Assembly (NCBI GenBank): GCA_021806615.1
Contig: JAJZRB010000005.1
Location: 4,319-68,318, forward strand
Direction of reading: 5' to 3'
DNA: 64,000 nucleotides
From: a bacterium
Lineage (GTDB): Bacteria; Patescibacteriota; Patescibacteriia; Patescibacteriales; UBA12465
The stretch's first letter is position 1. Each line of letters begins with the position of its first letter. Below are positions 61,466 to 64,000 of the stretch, piece after piece. The notes beneath the pieces are model-generated. The model made no database searches. It was given only the letters and a program-made list of their open reading frames with translations, and was not told where the DNA came from. The position numbers and the translations under genes were made by a program.

Positions 61466-62032
61466 TTATTTATCATTTAAATCATTAACAGCCCGCTCCA
61501 ATTCAGACAAAAGCTTAGGGAACAGCTTCTTGCCCTGCGGCGTCTTGATCCGGTTTGTCAGCTCGGCCTTAAACAGATTAATTACCTTGGAATAACTTTC
61601 AGGTTGATATTTTTGCTGCAAATGTTCAAGGCACAGCTTGCTCAGACTATCTGCGTCAACAATTATAGCTTCGTCATCGTTGAAGGATTTATGCTTGTCG
61701 GCCGCGCTTACCAATCTATTGACTGTCTGAATTTCTTTCTCAGTAAATTGCAATCTGGCGAGAACTTCAGAAATTAATTTTGAAGAATTATCGTTGGCTT
61801 TAGACTCTAATTTAATCATCTCGTCTAAGTCTATCTTCCCTTTAGGAGCTACTCCCGACCAACCAATGTCATGGATATAGGCGGCAGTAACTAACAAATC
61901 TAGATCAACTCGGCCACTTCCGAGTTCTTTTACCCATCTGACAACCCGGAGAGCATGTTCCCAGTCACCAGCACGAGCAGAATCAAAATATGGCTTGGCT
62001 GTTTCTTCCAGTTTTTTTTCGTTGAATTTCAT
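61466..62032 (-). CDS. HD-domain metal-dependent phosphohydrolase
   Basis: H...HD pattern: WEHALRVVRWV and AAYIHDIGW. Confidence 0.75.
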   Translation of the reverse strand: MKFNEKKLEETAKPYFDSARAGDWEHALRVVRWVKELGSGRVDLDLLVTAAYIHDIGWSGVAPKGKIDLDEMIKLESKANDNSSKLISEVLARLQFTEKEIQTVNRLVSAADKHKSFNDDEAIIVDADSLSKLCLEHLQQKYQPESYSKVINLFKAELTNRIKTPQGKKLFPKLLSELERAVNDLNDK

Positions 62033-62089
62033 ACTAAATTGTCCTTTCGCTTATACTCACACGAAAGTATGCTTATTTTATTCATATAA

Positions 62090-62596
62090 TTATATTTTGG
62101 CATCTTTGGCTGACTGAAGCAGCACAATATCTCTTGGCACAATATATAATCTACCTTCATCATTCCGCGCTTTGTCATTTTTTAAGAGTTCAATGGCTTC
62201 ATCGATATCAAGCCATTGAACGCCGAATCCTCCCTCAGTTTCCTCGGGGGTATACGCCGGGATCCCTTTTGTTCCAATTACTTTGGCCAAATATACGTAG
62301 GATATCTGTTTCAACTGGAATATCTTTCTATATTCAACTATTTGGCCAACTTCATCGTAGGCCTCTATATTGCAACCCAACTCTTCCTGACATTCCCGTT
62401 TTAGTGCCTCTAAAATATCTTCACCTTTTTCGACGCCTCCTCCTGGAAGCTTATGATAATTTTCATTCGAAACATGGAGAATACCTATTTTACCGTTTTG
62501 ATCATAAACGATGGCTCGAGCGCATTCTCTAAATTGATATTTGGCAATCTCTTCCTCTAACGCGTTTTCTGGATTAAGAATTCCTAAAGATTTCAT
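62090..62596 (-). CDS. NUDIX hydrolase
   Basis: Nudix box GGGVEKGEDILEALKRECQEELG (G-x5-E-x7-REUxEExGU). Confidence 0.88.
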   Translation of the reverse strand: MKSLGILNPENALEEEIAKYQFRECARAIVYDQNGKIGILHVSNENYHKLPGGGVEKGEDILEALKRECQEELGCNIEAYDEVGQIVEYRKIFQLKQISYVYLAKVIGTKGIPAYTPEETEGGFGVQWLDIDEAIELLKNDKARNDEGRLYIVPRDIVLLQSAKDAKI

Positions 62597-62677
62597 AGTA
62601 AATTATTTATCTAATTTTATTTATTGTGCATTAAACTATGTATTTTAATTATATCTTAAATGTATTAAATATAAAAA

Positions 62678-62707
62678 CCAGGAGTAGGATTCGAACTAAC
62701 AACCTCC
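62678..62707 (-). other. tRNA-like 3' fragment (T-loop plus acceptor-like remnant)
   Basis: The minus strand reads GGAGGTTGTTAGTTCGAATCCTACTCCTGG and contains a canonical TTCGAAT T-loop. The T-stem is imperfect and there is no D-arm or anticodon arm upstream. Confidence 0.3.
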
Positions 62708-62998
62708 TTTATTTACGGCGCTTTTCTTCATCCTTGACTCCAACAAAAAAACTCAGCCTAAACTGAGTTATTTTGATTTTTTGCTGATATTAAAGGATAT
62801 ATCTCGGTCAATAACACAAAAAATGTGATGGCTCCCCACTCCTGTCCTATACCGCCAGCATGGGGGTTTCTAAAAGATTTCCGGAGATCTTTTTTGTAGG
62901 AATAAGGACGCGGATCGGTCGGGGTCTAAAATAAATGAGACAAATGGGGCACTAAAATGGGCTTATTTTTTACTGAATATTGACAAATATCAATATAT

Positions 62999-63439
62999 AT
63001 GATATTATTCAAAATCAGTAAAAATATGCTTTATTCGCTAATCATACTATCTGGCGTCGCAATATTTGTAGGATCTCTTCTCTCCCCTATCACGGGGAGA
63101 AATAATACTGATATTAATTTCCTGCGCCCTGGCCAGAAACAATTTAATAAATCGAAGGATAGCGAAAACAATTATAAATCAGGGCGAACCGGCATTACAT
63201 ATATAAATGAAAATGGTTATCGCTGCTTTAAGGATAGTAATATACTATTTCACCGCTGGATGATGGAAAAACATTTAGGTAGAAAGCTGCGACCGGGAGA
63301 AGTGGTCCACCATACTGATGGCAATAAGCTGAATAACTATGCTTATAATCTGATGGTATTCCCTAGCCAGGAGGCGCACGATAGCTATCACCGTTATAAC
63401 TTTCATTATCGCGGGACCTGGCGGACTTCTATATTATAA
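62999..63439 (+). CDS. HNH endonuclease with an N-terminal membrane anchor or signal
   Basis: HNH motif VVHHTDGNKLNNYAYNLMVFPSQEAHDSYH and hydrophobic N-terminus LYSLIILSGVAIFVGSLL. The real start may be ATG 63026, because TTGACA (62980..62985), a 17-nt spacer and TATTAT (63003..63008) overlap the first ATG. Confidence 0.7.
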   Translation: MILFKISKNMLYSLIILSGVAIFVGSLLSPITGRNNTDINFLRPGQKQFNKSKDSENNYKSGRTGITYINENGYRCFKDSNILFHRWMMEKHLGRKLRPGEVVHHTDGNKLNNYAYNLMVFPSQEAHDSYHRYNFHYRGTWRTSIL

Positions 63440-63539
63440 TAAATGACAGACTACTCTTGCTAAAAAATAGCCTTAAAGAGGTTATTTTTTATTAAAAAGG
63501 CATGTCATAAATATTGACACGCCTTCAATCTACTTAAAT

Positions 63540-63974
63540 CTAATACCTTTCACTTAACATTCGGTGATATTCTTCTTCTGGAACTAAATGCTCTTTTAAC
63601 AGTTCCCATCCGGTTACGCCCCGGTTCCTCGTGTCTTCGGCCATATCTTGGTTATTCTTATCACCCTCGACATAAAAGTGATCGGCATCGTCTGGCAGAA
63701 TCTTAAGCTTGTCGAACCCTAAAAGGAATAAGACAAATAATCTATTGTTGCCATCAACAGTAGAATATTTGTATTTTAAATTATCACTTTTAGTAATGGA
63801 AATTTTTTCATCAAAAATTCTTTCCGGATTTGCCAAGAAATAATCAACCGACTCCTTCTTGAGAATATCCTCTGTCGGTTGTATATCATGAATACTAACA
63901 ACTTCAAACCCTTGGTCTATTTCATTTTTGACTACTATAAAATTTCGTTCCGGGTCACTGAATATTTTCAGCAT
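63540..63974 (-). CDS. hypothetical protein (weak ParB/Srx-like DGNNR motif)
   Basis: 144-aa ORF with a GGAGGAGGG RBS upstream. STVDGNNRLFVLFLLG faintly resembles the DGxxR motif of the ParB-like nuclease fold. Confidence 0.4.
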   Translation of the reverse strand: MLKIFSDPERNFIVVKNEIDQGFEVVSIHDIQPTEDILKKESVDYFLANPERIFDEKISITKSDNLKYKYSTVDGNNRLFVLFLLGFDKLKILPDDADHFYVEGDKNNQDMAEDTRNRGVTGWELLKEHLVPEEEYHRMLSERY

Positions 63975-64000
63975 TTGCCCTCCTCCAGTAAGTGGATAGA
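63968..64000 (-). CDS. 3' end of an ORF entering from beyond the window (…SIHLLEEGKC*)
   Basis: The stop TGA at 63970..63968 overlaps the ATG of the next gene (ATGCTGA), suggesting translational coupling. Only 10 codons are visible. Confidence 0.25.
   Translation of the reverse strand, partial: SIHLLEEGKC

Noticed and set aside
62678-62760. A complete tRNA gene on the minus strand
   Set aside because: Only a TTCGAAT loop with an imperfect T-stem and an acceptor-like 3' strand is present. There is no matching 5' acceptor strand, D-arm or anticodon arm in the upstream ~60 nt. It is reported only as a fragment.
1-64000. Alternative genetic code (UGA or UAG recoding, as in some candidate phyla)
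   Set aside because: All recognisable housekeeping genes (dnaE, typA, mnmA, the P-type ATPase and others) are full length and uninterrupted under the standard code.

Overview
The window is compact and gene-dense: about 58 complete CDS, 1 pseudogene, 2 edge fragments, 1 tRNA and the RNase P RNA. I found no rRNA, CRISPR array, transposase or integrase. All long ORFs read through with the standard genetic code. About 85% of genes lie on the minus strand. The gene content suggests a small-genome, probably monoderm bacterium of the Patescibacteria/CPR (Parcubacteria-like) type; this is inference from content, not a database hit. Supporting traits are LTD/LamG giant surface proteins, a sigma factor with a downstream single-TM partner, a LemA-TPM pair, many small membrane proteins and no biosynthetic operons.

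Housekeeping genes:
- FbaB-type class I aldolase, dnaE, parB/parA, tRNA-Leu(CAA), mnmA, rnpB
- ferritin, HU, rlmH, AlkD-like repair protein, typA, uppS, hpt, beta-CASP RNase

Envelope block (12.9-28.8 kb):
- phosphoglycosyl transferase, two GT4 glycosyltransferases and a Wzy_C/TPR ligase-like protein
- a 1322-aa modular surface protein and an 1153-aa Cys-free, Thr/Ser-rich S-layer-like protein

Transport and ion genes:
- P-type ATPase, CaCA antiporter, AbrB-HlyD-MFS operon, ArsP-like permease with a thioredoxin-like protein

Observations most worth follow-up:
1. A translationally coupled operon of SIMPL, a double ATP-grasp (Ddl-like) protein and a FemAB/CelD-like GNAT.
2. A DMT permease fused to riboflavin kinase.
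3. A candidate surface-protein O-glycosylation system.
4. A 128-bp block of perfect identity inside an otherwise diverged internal duplication of the giant gene.
5. An AT-rich control region with arrays of AGTCTA half-sites in front of a small HTH gene.
6. A (CTGATTA)x5 heptamer block that places stop codons in all six frames.
7. A 490-bp ORF-free structured spacer upstream of the S-layer-like gene.
8. An AT-rich accessory tail (61-64 kb) with a decayed peptidase gene, a tRNA-like fragment and a membrane-anchored HNH nuclease.

All functional calls come from motif recognition by eye. No searches were run.
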